Source: Owenia fusiformis (taxonomy: Eukaryota). From it: a DNA stretch of 64,000 nt. This document shows positions 57,437-64,000 of the stretch, piece by piece (position 1 is the stretch's first letter; each line of letters opens with the position of its first letter). The position numbers and the translations under genes are program-made. A model generated the notes under the pieces. That model saw only the letters and a program-made list of their open reading frames with translations. It did not search any database and had not been told where the DNA came from. Location: contig CAIIXF020000001.1 in assembly GCA_903813345.2 (NCBI GenBank), positions 3,906,001 to 3,970,000 on the forward strand. The letters run 5' to 3'.

Positions 57437-57882
57437 TAGTCTGACATAAAGATGGCAGCAATGGTAGAACTTTATATTCTCTCAAGAGGGGGATTAACCC
57501 CAGAGTTCAAAGATGACATATGCTTATAATGTAAACCTGTATTGATATGACATACACCTCTGATTGGTCTAAATCGATAAAAAAAAATGGCGGATTCCAA
57601 ATTTTCTAATAACGCTTTGAATAATATTATGTTGATTCCTGGCGTATTAACCAATATCATAGCTTGGTTTTTCACATCAAGATAAAGAAATATGTAAGGA
57701 ATATGTTTACACCTATTAAAACATCATGACGATGCGCTATGTTCGAAAATTAACTGGTGAGAATTTGCGCAAATGAAGGTGGTACGCAAGAGACGTATTA
57801 TGTCAGTCATCGCTAAAGCTCTGGGGCTTTCCCTCCTCTTTATTCTCTCATTATTATATTGATTGCACTGCCATCTTTATTT
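57437..57882. mobile_element. Possible MITE
   Basis: ATAAAGATGGCAGCAAT versus ATTGCACTGCCATCTTTAT; CpG-richer interior; no clear TSD. Confidence 0.4.
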
Positions 57883-57918
57883 AAGTATTATTTCTATCAC
57901 CCTTTAGCTTATATGAAA

Positions 57919-63496
<5,578 letters not shown>

Positions 63497-63811
63497 CTGA
63501 AATATTGTTATTGGAAATATAAGCTGTTTTTACATTAACTTCTGAAAATTAAACTTATGACACTGTCAGGCTATATTTCAAAATGACTACATACATGTAT
63601 TTTGCATTTTGTCTTTTGGTGTGTAAGATTCAGAGCCAAAATATAACATTTTGGCCCTTGGGATGACATACTTAGTTTATTTTTGAAAATCTAACTGCAC
63701 AATGTATTGCAAACAGGGATCAATTTGATATTCAATGACATGACCATGAAACTAGCAGACAAGCACTTGATTGTGGGACGCATTTAGTGTCTTATAGGCT
63801 GTAGAAGACAC

Positions 63812-64000
63812 AATAAGCTTTCCAATGGTGTGCTGTATGTGTGGTTAGTTATTATCATAACAAAAATAGATAATAGATAACAAAATATTTTTTGCAGCCT
63901 TACATCATAATGTTAAGATAAGCTTTCCAATGGTGTGTTGTATATGTGGCTAGTTATTTCTAAGCATAACAAAAATGGATAATAGATGACAAAATATTTT
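63812..64000 (+). repeat. ~106-bp tandem duplication running off the window
   Basis: ATAAGCTTTCCAATGGTGTG(C/T)TGTAT...CATAACAAAAAT(A/G)GATAATAGAT(A/G)ACAAAATATTT occurs twice. Confidence 0.8.

Overview
AT-rich eukaryotic (animal) genomic DNA with GT-AG introns. It is probably a mollusc or other lophotrochozoan, inferred from the repeat types and gene structure, but this is not proven. Five spliced genes can be rebuilt by hand: SLC25A11 (mitochondrial 2-oxoglutarate/malate carrier, +, 11902-19890), PARK7/DJ-1 (-, 22856-25290), LRRC40 (+, 25907-33712, head-to-head with PARK7), RCHY1/Pirh2 (+, 45822 to ~53264), and the 3' part of a receptor-type guanylate cyclase (-, ~57919-63496, running off the window). 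The rest is dense with non-autonomous DNA transposons (hAT, TTAA and TA types), Helentron-like elements, LINE fragments and minisatellites. Highlights: (1) a tandemly duplicated 91-nt SLC25A11 exon pair that looks mutually exclusive, covers the substrate-contact helix and has RBFOX motifs in switch-like positions; (2) three Helentron-like elements nested in each other inside a foldback element (36.5-44.6 kb); (3) twin, apparently identical, inverted hAT MITEs with different TSDs in one intron; (4) four tandem splice acceptors before RCHY1 exon 7, only the last of which is productive; (5) a TIR element carrying NRF1 motifs that fills the PARK7-LRRC40 bidirectional promoter. Coordinates were counted by eye; repeat boundaries may be off by a few bases.
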